Source: Camelus ferus (lineage: Eukaryota). From it: a DNA stretch of 64,000 nucleotides. Under the pieces are notes generated by a model. That model ran no database searches. It was not told the DNA's origin and saw only the letters and a list, made by a program, of their open reading frames with translations. The position numbers were made by a program, and so were the translations under genes. The first letter of the stretch is position 1, and every line of letters begins with the position of its first letter. The stretch covers positions 50,222,001 through 50,286,000 of the forward strand of contig NC_045696.1 in assembly GCF_009834535.1 (NCBI RefSeq). Direction: 5' to 3'. Below are positions 14,701-25,552 of the stretch, piece after piece.

Positions 14701-15165
14701 AAAAAAACAGTGTTAAGTAGGTAGCAATAAAATATTTAAGCTGAATACTGATAGAAAACTTAATATCCAAGCAGTGAGCCTAATTTTCTAAATGGAAAGC
14801 CATGAAAACCCATGTTTGGGTAGACAAAGGCAAGACATGGCAAACACCAGAGCCCAGTGCATAGCTTAATATAATACATATGTGAGTGAAGAATAAGTCA
14901 CTACAGGAATCTCTTCCATTCCCTCTCCCATCCTCATTTCTAAACAGAGAAACTACAGAAAAATATGAAAAATGGAAAATTGAGAGGGAAGTTGCCTTTT
15001 CTTCTACAGGAAGTAGAAATCCTTACAAACTTGATGATATAGTCAACAATCTAATTTTACTCAAATCAAGATTAAAGTTCAAGATGTTTTCTTATAAAGC
15101 AAAAAAGCCACCCAGTTTTATGTAATTGTACAATATAAGAGCTTTATAGTGTCTTCAATACTCAC

Positions 15166-15207
15166 CTCTTCTGGGGTGATAACACCTGTTTCCTTAAATT
15201 TGGATTC
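15166..15207 (-). CDS. ATG3: ATG3 coding exon 2 (ESKFKETGVITPEE)
   Basis: 42 nt, AG/GTGAGT boundaries. Confidence 0.97.
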
Positions 15208-15759
15208 CTATAGAGAGTAAAAATAACAGTATCACACATTTCTCATTTTCAATTGAAAAATGTTTGTTGGGCTTGGGCCATTTGCCAGGCACCCATCTAG
15301 GCAACAGAGCACAAAAATATTTACATCACTGGTCCTCAACCTCAAGGAATATACAAGTCTAACAAAGGAAATTGACATGAAAGTAACTGCAATATAATTT
15401 GAACAGTGTTACATTAAAGCAAAGCTCATTGGAAAAACATTCAAAAGTTTATACAAACATTAAACCTTAAAATAATTTTGTGAAATGACCAAATATCATG
15501 AAGTCACAGAAAAGTAAAAATGTCTTAAAGATGTTTATACATCTTACAATTCAGCCAATATCTCATTTAAATTGAGTAGTACTAGAAAACCAAACCTAGA
15601 AGTCATAAATCATTTAATACTTTACCATTATTCTTATTTCCACCAAGATATTATACAATATTCTCTCCTCTAAAGCAAGTTATTTACCAAATTTTTCTAA
15701 AGTTTAAGTTATTTGTAAGGTTTTGTGGTAGAATCTACAAAAATGAAGATTCATTTATG

Positions 15760-16210
15760 AACTTTATTTATTCAACAAATATTTACCAAATAACTCGTAT
15801 GTGCCAAGCACTATTTGGTAATAGGAACAACAGAGTGAATAGAATAGACCAAATTCATCCTTGTCCTCAAAAGAAGTTTAAACTCTAGTGCAGGGAGAAA
15901 AGCCAAGGTAATGAATATTACAAAGAAAAATGAGGCAGAGAGGAAACTGGAGGAAGAGAGATGGCTATTTAAAATAAGATGGTAAGAGAACAAAGCCTTA
16001 CTGATAAGTGACTACAGAGTAGAGACCTTAAGGAAAGGAACCAGCCACAGGCTGCGTTGGGAGAAGAGCACTTCAGGCAGAGGGAAGAGCAAATACAACA
16101 CCCAAGTGAGCAAGGTCTTTTGCTTAAAAGCCAATAGTAGATGAGATAGGACCCTCTACCAAACAAGTAGAGGCTTGAAGATCATTGTAAGGGCTATGGC
16201 TTTTACTGTA
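15760..16210 (-). mobile_element. L2 LINE 3' fragment (approximate ends)
   Basis: ttattcaacaaatatttac...tatgtgccaagcact...gtgaatagaatagacc... is the typical reverse-complement L2 tail. Confidence 0.7.
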
Positions 16211-17111
16211 CACATGCCTTCCAGACCATGATTTCTCTTAATTTTTACTTCTTGAGAGAAATCATTATTTCTTTCTCAGGGATTTAGTTTTTTTCTCCTT
16301 GCCTTCCCATGTCTAGTAGGAAACAACAAGAATTCTCTCTGTAAACCAATAGTTTACACAGGGAAGAGTAAGAAGAGAGTTCTTAATTCTGTTCTCCTTA
16401 CTACTAAAAATACATACTAACAAGCTAACACAGTTTGGTGAGCAAGTAGAGTGATTTCTCACAACATAATTCTATGTTATACGTTCAATAAAATGCAACT
16501 GGCCAATAAAACAGCAGTTTTATATTTAATTTAGGAGGTCTTTTCTCTTGTTCCTCTCTCCTGAAACTAAAAAGTTCTAACAATCGTGTATTATTTAAAT
16601 GCTGTATGCTTAGGTAGACATATTTCTGAAAGGATGACATATATGCAAAAGAATCATTTGAATCAAGTGTCAAAATTATTTTCAAAGTTCACTGAATAAT
16701 CAGGATGGGTTTCATAGTAAATTGGGTTTCATAGTAAACAAATATAAACATAGCAAGAGTTGGAATTCTTATTTATAAACTTTTTTGTTAAACTTGGTAC
16801 AACAAGGCATCATTTTACAATCAGTCTTAGAAATAAATATTTTAAAAGTACAGTACTAATATTTTCCTTTGTCATGCAAAGAGTGCAGAGTAAAACTGTC
16901 CACTATTCTCCTTAGCATTCCAGAATAATTTCTTGAATGTTGACTGGAACAACCATTTCTAAGTATATTTCATCCTCACACTAAGATTCCTAAAATTTTA
17001 ATTGAAAGCTAAAAAAAAAAAACCCAGTAAGCAAGAACTTTCTATTCATTTATTATCACTGCTCACTTTTCAGAAAGGAAAAATGAAAAATAAAGTTATC
17101 AAAAAACCCAC

Positions 17112-17195
17112 AAATATATGTATGTATATGCATGACTGGGCTGTACACCAGAAATTGACACATTGTAACTGACAGTAATTCAATTAAAAAAAAAA
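17112..17195 (+). mobile_element. Short, relatively young L1 3' end with poly(A)
   Basis: gctgtacaccagaaattgacacattgtaactgac followed by an A-tail; same family as 33240-33677. Confidence 0.75.
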
Positions 17196-17960
17196 CTTAC
17201 CCTAAAAGACTTATAAATGAAAAACTTGAAATGCACTTCTAGAAATTTATCTTTGAAAAAAAAATCAGTCACTGCTATATTAGCTAATGTGTCGCAATTT
17301 TTACTCTAAAAATGCTGTTATTGCCAATGTAAAAATAAAATTATCTAGGAAAGTTAAGCTGCTCCTTATTATCATTGATGTCCAAGATGAACAACTAGCT
17401 TCAGCTATTCTAAAACCTTGGGAAATGGATGTTTTGCCTATTCGCTGGGTTCAACGGTACCGAGAGAAGCAATGTTGCAAATTTCACCTTGTTCCTCTGA
17501 ACTCTAAATTGAGACCTCAGTCACAACTTTCTATTTCAAACTCCTAATTACAAGAGACTTACTATTAAATTTTAAAGTGGCATGTCTTTTAGTGCCAAAT
17601 ACTGATTTCGTTTTTTAAGGTAAACAAAATCCTTATTTTAAAAGTTCCAAAGACTTTCAATGTTAGGATTTAACTTAGCTGCGGACCACCTTCCAACCCG
17701 ATGAACCCAGACTAGCTGAGTTGCAACGGGTGGAGACAGGAGTACGCACAGAGCGTCCCTCCAAGTTTACCGAAGAGCTGGAAAGCCCTATAGAACAGCT
17801 AGATAACACCTCGGATGGGGGCTGCACCCTTCCCTGTGTACCACCCTCACCACCTCCCTACACCTTCCCCACCAAAGAACACGGTGACACCCACAGACCC
17901 CCGGTCATCGGTCCTGCACAGCCGAGCGTGTGCCTGACAGCCCCCACAAGCCCGGCTTAC

Positions 17961-18032
17961 CTTGAGGACCGGGGTCAGGTACTCAGCCACTTCCAGTGCC
18001 TTTCCCTTCACCGTGTTGATCACATTCTGCAT
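17961..18032 (-). CDS. ATG3: ATG3 coding exon 1 (MQNVINTVKGKALEVAEYLTPVLK), N-terminal amphipathic helix of the autophagy E2-like enzyme
   Basis: ATG at 18032, 72 nt, donor GTAAGC; matches the ATG3 N-terminus. Confidence 0.98.
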
Positions 18033-18443
18033 CCTGGGGCCGGAGGAGCGGCCGGCCCCACGACCGAGTGGAAAGGGCAGCCGGGAGGGGAGCTGGGAGT
18101 CAGAAAACGTCCCCGCTGCGGCTGACTCGCCTCGGCACCCGGCCGGCGGCACCCGAGGGGACGGGGCGCGACGGGACGGACGGGACGAGGGGGAGGGGCG
18201 GCCGGCGCCGCGCGCGAGGGCAGGGCGCGCGCTCCTCGCCCCGCAGGCAGCGCGCGGCGGGCCGGGCCCAGCTGTCGCCTGGCGCGAGGGAGGGCGGCGG
18301 GGCCGAGCTGGGGGGAGAAGCGGGCGCACGCGCACCCCTCGCCCTCTCGGGAGCTGTCTTCTCCGCCTGGCTTCACTCGCGCCCCTTCCGGCTCCCCATT
18401 CCTCCTCTCACTCTCTCGCCGTAGCTCTGCCGCCACCTGGGCC

Positions 18444-18475
18444 TCACGTGACACGAGACTCCCCCGACACGTGAC
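18444..18475. promoter_or_regulatory. Two CLEAR-type E-boxes (TCACGTGAC 18444-18452; ACACGTGAC 18467-18475)
   Basis: Each matches GTCACGTGAC (TFEB/TFE3/MITF/USF) at 9 of 10 positions; located between the two first exons. Confidence 0.75.
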
Positions 18476-18529
18476 GCGAGACAGGCCGAGCTGGGGTGGG
18501 ATCCGGTCGCTTCTCCTTTCCTTCCGGAA

Positions 18530-18773
18530 GCGTAACACTGAGCGCGCTTGCGCAATGGGCGCCAGGTCCGCTTTTTCGCCGTCCGGTCGTTACTGTGCTC
18601 TTTGTTCCGGAATAGGAGGGTCGGGTGCAGAGGCTCATTGGCCTTTCCTTTCCTCTCATAGCCTCCCCGCCTATGGACTCTAAAAGCTACCGCTGCTGCT
18701 GCGGAGCCAGACAGTTATTGTCTCAGCTCTAGGATGTGCGCTCTTCCACTAGAAGCTCTTCGAAGGGATCGAG
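18530..18773 (+). other. SLC35A5: SLC35A5 non-coding exon 1 (5' end approximate)
   Basis: Donor GAG|GTAACC after 18773; the sequence ctctaggatgtgcg...ttccactagaagctctt resembles my recollection of the SLC35A5 5'UTR; presumed to splice to the acceptor before 19528. Confidence 0.7.
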
Positions 18774-19546
18774 GTAACCGCGGCCGGGGGTAAAGAAGTG
18801 CGCGTGCGTGTGAGGGGAGGGCGCCCCGGTCGACATCCCGCCTGCGCATGTGTGACAAGAGGGTGTTCCTAGATGCGGAGGTAAACCTGCCTTGCTGGTG
18901 TGAGGGGAGGTGGCGCTTTGGCCTCGGTATTGACATTTCAAGCCGCTCTCTCACCAACCGCTCGGACTCTGTGCGCTATCCTTACACAGGGATGCTTTGG
19001 GCAAGTAACTTATCCGGTCTAGAGTTTAGTGTCCTCAACAAACCGAAGGAGGGCCGGAGAGCCATTGATTTCTAAGTTCTTTTGTACATCCAACCCTAGT
19101 TCATTGTAAACTAACAACAGTGTTTCAGATATTTGTCACGAAATCTTGCCCAGCAAGCTCTTTCTTCCTCCTGTGGAAGAGCTGCTACTGAGGAGAGAAA
19201 TAGAAATCGGAGATTCTCTTCTAGAGCAAAGTTGCTCATAAGAATGGAAGTTAAAGAATCGCTTTTGTACAGAATTCTGCAATCCCAAAACCTTTGGCAG
19301 CACTTCTAACCTGGCTCTTGCTTTTTCTGTCTCTAGGGTACGCCTCCTATCAAATTTTGACTCTTTCATTTCCTTTCCCCATAGTTAGTCTTGTCCCTCA
19401 ACTTTCTTGGTTTTAATATGGTCATAGCCAGACATCATTCTTTTTCTATTCTTCACAAATCGATGTATGGTATATGCTTAATCTGCCAGCAGACCGAGTT
19501 GTTCATGAATGTTTTCTTCTCTTTAAGGCAATTAAAAAACGGTAGA

Positions 19547-19676
19547 ATGGAAGGCAAGTACTGTGGGCATCCTGTGTTATGCTCCTTGTCAACGATGTAT
19601 ACATTCCTGCTAGGGACCATATTCATTGCTTTGAGTTCAAGTCGCATCCTACTAGTAAAATACTCAGCCAATGAAG
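19547..19676 (+). CDS. SLC35A5: SLC35A5 first coding exon (MEGKYCGHPVLCSLSTMYTFLLGTIFIALSSSRILLVKYSANE); exon starts at 19528
   Basis: AGAATGG Kozak context, 130 nt, donor GTAAGT. Confidence 0.95.
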
Positions 19677-20259
19677 GTAAGTTAAGACTTGGAATATGTA
19701 TGGAGCACTTTCATCTAATCACACATTATCTCTCCTGTCATTGGTTTCCTTGTGTGTAGAAATGGGGATAATACTTTTAAAAGTACTCTGCTTCATATGA
19801 ATGATAAAGCATTTTTTAATTTGGTTCTTTAAACTTTCAGCCCTTAACCAGAAATATTTTTGATGCTGAGTGAAATTTGGGTCAGTCAGGTTCAGGATAG
19901 AACCCTTTGCAGAGCGAATCCTAACATCTGACTATTACTTCACTCAGCAGGTGTTTCTGGGCCTATAGCAGTATGTATTATAACTTATTTTGAAATAGGC
20001 AGGAGATGTATTTGTTTGGTCACCTGGTATTTGTGACCTACTATTTTAATTATGGTATCAATGGAGCAGTACTGATTATTCGCTTTGATAAATACATACT
20101 CAAGAAATATTTTCTTATTCTTAATGTAAGAATTTGTATTTAAATAGTTTAATTCCACAAAACTGTATTGAGAACTTATCACTAGTTTTTGAGAACACAT
20201 AAAATCATGACATCGTAACCATTAATGGTCCACTTGGGGAATCAGATGTGTATATAAGT

Positions 20260-22060
20260 CTTTTTTTCAGTAAATGTTTCTCTGCCAGACATTAGGCTAA
20301 ATATTAGAGCAGGGCTCAAAGTGCATAAGACATAGAGCTTGTTCTCAAGAATTCAGTTTATTAGGAGAGAAATACATGTAAATACATCATGAAAACACAG
20401 TATGAGAAATGCAGTTCTGTACCAAAGATGCAGAGATAGTTTAAAGTAGAAAGTGATATATATTGTATCTGGGAGAACATGGTATGGAGTGCTAAGAGAT
20501 TGGGGAACAGTTCCCTGATAGGGTGACAGTTAATCCACAAGAAGACAAGGTGGGTAGGTATATTCAAAACAGAAGCAGCAGCCTATAAAAATGAACAGCT
20601 TCATTAAAAAGCAGGATGGATTGTGAAAACATGTAGTTCAGAATTAGTGAACAAAAAGTTTAAGGACTTAAGAGGAGAGAGGGAGACATGCTTGGCCAGG
20701 GAGGAAAGTTGTCAGATTGTTGAGGACCTCATGTGCCATGCTAAGGAGCTGGGACTTTATTCTTGAGGCCCTAGAATTTGGGGGACAAGGAATACTTAAA
20801 GAACTATGAACAGGAGGGTAAAATGAGAAAGACTATTATGGTCACTGGATGGAGAGTGGACTAAAGGGGAAGAGACTGGAAGCAGGGTAGCCAGTTAGAG
20901 GGTCATTGCTAGTTCAAGCCACAGATGATGAAAACTAGTCAAGGCTTTTGAGGTATGAATAAAGAAGAGAGGATAGATTCAAGAAGTATTCTAAACATAG
21001 AAAAGATAGGACTTGGAGAATATATCGAATGGGGAGATTAAGCGTTGGATAGCTCAGAAGGTTTCTGGTCTGAATACTTAGTGGATTGATGATGTTCTTA
21101 GCTGAGATGGAGACTGAGGAGGAAGAGAAGGTAGGACAGAGTTCAGAGAGGTTAAGTAGTTTTAACTCTGTATCTTCCTTGAGGCTGGCAGCTATGTCCT
21201 TCATATCACACATGTGAATCAAATGCCAGTTAAATGAATAAGTAGGAGGTAGTTATTCATATGAATATATTTAGCTAGCATTAAATGTTCCAGAATACAG
21301 ATTTGGAAACATTAATATTAAATTGACATTTAAAACCCGGAGAGCGGAGGAATCATTCAGGGTAAGCACTAAGAATGAGAAAACAAGAAAGAGCCAAGGA
21401 CAGAACTCCAAGGAATGCCAATATTTAACAGGCCTCCTGATATTCAGAAGGACATTAAGAAGAGATAAGATAAGAGAACTAAAGGAGGTGGGAAGGGATA
21501 AAGTGGGAGTTTGGAATATGCACCTCTTGGGGTGTGTGGTTTCATAGCTATATACATCTATCAAATTGTGCATCTGAAGTATGTGTAGTTTACTGTACAG
21601 AAATTAAACCACAATAAATTTATTTTAAAAAGGAGAATTAATTGTACTTGACTTGTAGAAGGTAAGGAATGAGTTTGAAGACTGGGAGGGAATTGCAACA
21701 TGAGAATTAAAACATGCCCTTTGGAATTAGTGATTAGGAGATACTTGCTAATCTCAGGTTTGAGTACAGTGGTGGGACCAGAAACCAGATTGCTTGGGGA
21801 ACAAGACCTGAGTAGAAAGTGGGTAAAATGGAGATAAGGAATGTTGACACTGTTTTATGGAGATAAGGAGGAAGTATGGCAGCTGGAGAGGTAGGAGCTT
21901 ATGTTTTGTTTTTGGTTGGGAGAGCTTTGAGCATATGCTCAAAGGCGAAGGGGAGAAAGCCAGTTAATAGAAAGATAAAGGAGATATACTGAAGCCAGAG
22001 GAAATACTGGAGGAAAGTCCCCAAAGAGAAGGGACGGTTTTAAAGGGGAGAATGACTGAA
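20260..22060 (-). mobile_element. Long degraded L2 LINE, interrupted by a short old L1 3' end (about 21520-21630)
   Basis: Purine-rich reverse L2 motifs such as ctcatgtgccatgctaaggagctgggactttattct and gagccaaggacagaactccaaggaatgccaatatttaa. Confidence 0.6.
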
Positions 22061-22522
22061 TATTGGGGCCAGGACTCCTCTGTCTGGGACTGAAGGGAAA
22101 CCACTAAGGATGGGTGTGATATAGATAAGGTCGTGAGTGTGAGCAGAAGGTGAGTGGTGGGAGGTCACACAAGATGCCATGACACAGTTTGGAATCAACC
22201 ATGAGAGAAATGCAGGGGAAAAAACAAAAACAATGAAAAGCAAGAATAAGTTAAAGAGCAAGGGCAAGAGTTTGAAAGTTGTGATCTGAAGCCCCTCATT
22301 TTTGTGTGTGCATGTTCACACGTGTGTATCATGCTAGAAAGTAAGGAGTGTGATTTCAGTCTAACTTGGCGCTCAGAACTAGGCTTCGAGTGATAAAGTA
22401 TAGGAAGTATAGGAAGATGACTAACATGGTCCTTCTCATATTCCTTACATTTTAAGGGTAAGACAACATAAAAAATGACTGTAATACAATGTTACAGGTA
22501 CTGTTTTAGAGGTTTGTACTAG

Positions 22523-23080
22523 TGTTACCTGAAAACTGAGTTCGCCCCTTGGTGGGTGTCAAGCCAAAAGATACAACCAAGCCTAAGATTGGGAGAAGGA
22601 TTTATTATTTGGAGCAAGTAAGGGAAACACTGAGAATCTTCCCCCAAGCAGTGTCTCCCTTAACAGCAAAATTGGGGAAATTGTAAGCTACAGGTACATA
22701 CATATTTATGAAGGGGCTTGAGCAGAAGAGAATTCAACATAGAATTGGACAAAGGTCTACAGAGTCCAGGCTTTAGTTGAAGTCTTGGGGGTCAAAAGGT
22801 CAATATCATCATCCCTTAGGTTCCAGTTGATCTGGTGGTTGAGCACTTAAGACTCATCTTTTCCACTGAAATAGCCCTGGGAGTCTTTACAACGGATATA
22901 TTATCTTTACTGTCATTGTCTTGCCTGAGAAGTCATTTTTTCCTGCAGTCTTTTGTTCCCTTAAGATCATTAATTACTGAGCATTGTGGCCAGGCTGAGA
23001 TCACAAAAAGACTTAGGCCAAAACTGACTTTTCTTGTGCCAAGAAAACCATGCCTGGTTCTCTTTCTCTGGGGACCCCCA
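22523..23080 (-). mobile_element. ERV1-type solo LTR, antisense in SLC35A5 intron 2 (right boundary uncertain)
   Basis: Minus strand ends ...aactcagttttcaggtaaCA, with AATAAA about 80 nt before that end. Confidence 0.75.
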
Positions 23081-24070
23081 GAGATCCCTGCAGAATCAGA
23101 GATGAATAAGGAATCGGTTATACATAGGTTGAGAAGGTCAGGGAAAACCACAGAAAAGAGAAAGAAAGGGAGTTCTGGAGAGGAAGAATGTCCAATTGGC
23201 ATTTTCCTCTGTACTTGGCCAGTTTTGGTTTTTCACTTGATGACCAAGGAAAACAAGCAAATATTTTTGAAAGGGTAAAAAATGCATTCCTCCCAAAAGT
23301 ACCTAATACAGTTTATGATTGTCCTTGCCAAATGATAGAGCAAGTTGTTTATAAGCGTTTAGAAAAGACAGAAGTAACAGCTAGCTAAGATCAAGATGTA
23401 CTAACCCAATTTCATTTCCTAATTAGATTGACTTGTAAGTTGGGACTTCACTTTGTGACTCATCAGTGGGTTTGGATGTGTCAGTGTATGTGTCCTTCCT
23501 GGAGCCCTGGGCCAGTTGCCTCTTGCCTCAAGCAGCTTCCTTCTTTTACCCCAACATACCATTTGTCCCAGAGCGCCGAACAAGTGTTTTCTACCTGTGC
23601 CATGATATGAAACAGATCGGAAAACTCCCAAGTTAAGGGAGTATCACAGAGCGTACCTTGATTTTAGCAAGGCAAATAGGTTACATAAGAGGAACCATGG
23701 GCTGGGTAATAATTCAGCCTGGCAAATTGATAGCTGTTTATTGGGTCAGGCCCTGAGTGTTAAGTTTAGAAGACAGTCTAGTGCCAGGCTTTCTTTGCGT
23801 ACAATTCTGGCCTCCTCAACACACTTCCCAGCAGCTTGAATGAAAACATGAGATTCCTCAATTGCAAGGATAATATGATGCTAACACATTAGGAGCACAT
23901 TAGGCAAATTGATTCAAAAATCCAAACGAACAAAGCCAACTGGATGAAGTGTCACATAACCAGTGTCAAAATTCAGCTTTTAAGTTTAGAAACAACTCTA
24001 AATTGTCTACTGTATGTTAGCATTATATAGGACAAAATTTACAGTTAAAAACATTTCTGTTACATTTCAG

Positions 24071-24169
24071 AGAATAAATATGATTATCTTCCAACTACTG
24101 TGAATGTGTGCTCGGAACTGGTGAAGCTGGTTTTCTGTGTGCTTGTGTCATTCTGGGTTATAAAGAAAG
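24071..24169 (+). CDS. SLC35A5: SLC35A5 exon 3 ([33 protein letters not shown])
   Basis: 99 nt, TTTCAG acceptor and GTGAGT donor; contains the SLC35A SExxK motif. Confidence 0.96.
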
Positions 24170-25418
24170 GTGAGTCCTGAAATGGTACTATATACTTGTT
24201 AAAAATCCCATAATCAAAAAATTTTAGAACTGAAAGGAACATTTTTTTGTATTTTTTAGTCTGGCGCATTAATTTTTTCTATGTGAGGATACTAAGATAC
24301 GAATGTAAGTGTGGGTCCGCATGTTTTGCAGGTAGAGGAACAGGCTCAATGAGAAAGTGTTACGCGGTGCTGGGTAGGAGGGGCCAGAGCCTGGACTCCA
24401 ACCCTCATGTCCTAGCATCCTGTCCATTGCTCTACCTCTTGACTTGTTCCTGTTGAATAGTTTTTATTCAAATTCAGGATTTTCTAAATCACTGCTGTCT
24501 GACTTGGAGCATTGGAGTCAGAAAAACTATTCTGGGGCAGATTATTTTACTTTCTGAGCTCTGATATCGTTAACTATTGGATAAGGATACTAACGTTCCT
24601 CAAATTCTAAAGTATGTAGCCTTTTATGGCTCTTAATATGTATTAACTCCCCAATTATTGAACCTTAGCTCTCTATACTGCTTTGATCTACCTTCCCATA
24701 TGAGGTAAACATAGAATTTAGAGAACTACAGGGCTTGCCCAAGAAGATGTCTTTTCAGACTCAAAAGGTTTCAATCTGTGCAGAGTTTCTAGTTACTGGA
24801 ATATGTTTGTTAATCTCATGAAATTTATGCATTGTTTACAGGGCTTAAACATAAATTGTTTTCTATCTTTTTCTTTTATATTCTATCTGTTACATAAGTT
24901 GCTAAGTTTTTGGAAATCTAGAGATAGGATAATAACTCACACTAGGATGAGTAAAAGTTAATTTTCTCTCCTGCCCTATATGTAAATTTTCACCTAGTGT
25001 CTCCCTTTCCTGATCCCTAACACACCCCTGAAATCCCAGCATAAACTTTTTCTTTACTGCTTATTTTAACTTCTTGTTTTCTCTCTTGGCTTTATGCTCA
25101 GAGTTGTAAGAGGAACCACAGATGCATCCTGAGTTGCCTTCTTAAGTGATATGTCTATCTCATGTTAAAAGGAGTTAAGAAAATCAGCACTCCTAAGGTG
25201 TTGCTGATGTCACTGAATGGGCACGGTGGTGGGTTGAAGAAAGACAATAAAGAAATCCTGTATTTTCTTTGATTTCTCAAGGCAGATAGACAATAGGAAA
25301 GCAGGTTCACTAAGCCTCTTTTAAAGAATTGTGTCAGAAGTCAAATACAATTTACTTTCTCTAAAAATCGGGCATTCTCATCAAGACCATATGTTTATTG
25401 CTGCATTTCTCTCTTTAG

Positions 25419-25552
25419 AAGATCATCAGAATAGAAACTTGAGATGTACTTCCTGGAAGGAATTCTCTAATTTCATGAAGTGGTCCATTCCTGCCTTTCT
25501 TTATTTCCTGGATAATTTGATTGTGTTCTACGTTCTTTCCTATCTTCAGCCT
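25419..25552 (+). CDS. SLC35A5: SLC35A5 exon 4 ([E][44 protein letters not shown]); starts at 25419 or 25422 (NAGNAG)
   Basis: TAG-AAG tandem acceptor, donor GTAAGT, frame continuous either way. Confidence 0.95.

Larger units (their letters stand above)
17690..18980. promoter_or_regulatory. CpG island and bidirectional promoter shared by ATG3 and SLC35A5
   Basis: Sharp rise in GC and CpG content covering the divergent first exons; E-boxes, ETS, C/EBP and NRF1-like motifs. Confidence 0.92.

Noticed and set aside
18428..18446. Reverse-strand CTCF-like motif (GGCCCAGGTGGCGG) in the promoter
   Set aside because: The first three consensus positions mismatch, and partial matches are common in CpG islands
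17721..19075. Many overlapping 60-172 aa ORFs on both strands
   Set aside because: They are a by-product of CpG-island GC richness (few stop codons) with Arg/Pro/Gly/Ala-biased translations; only the ATG3 exon 1 portion matches a known protein
22835..23278. 147-aa plus-strand ORF
   Set aside because: It lies largely within an antisense LTR, has a non-AUG start and resembles no protein I recognise
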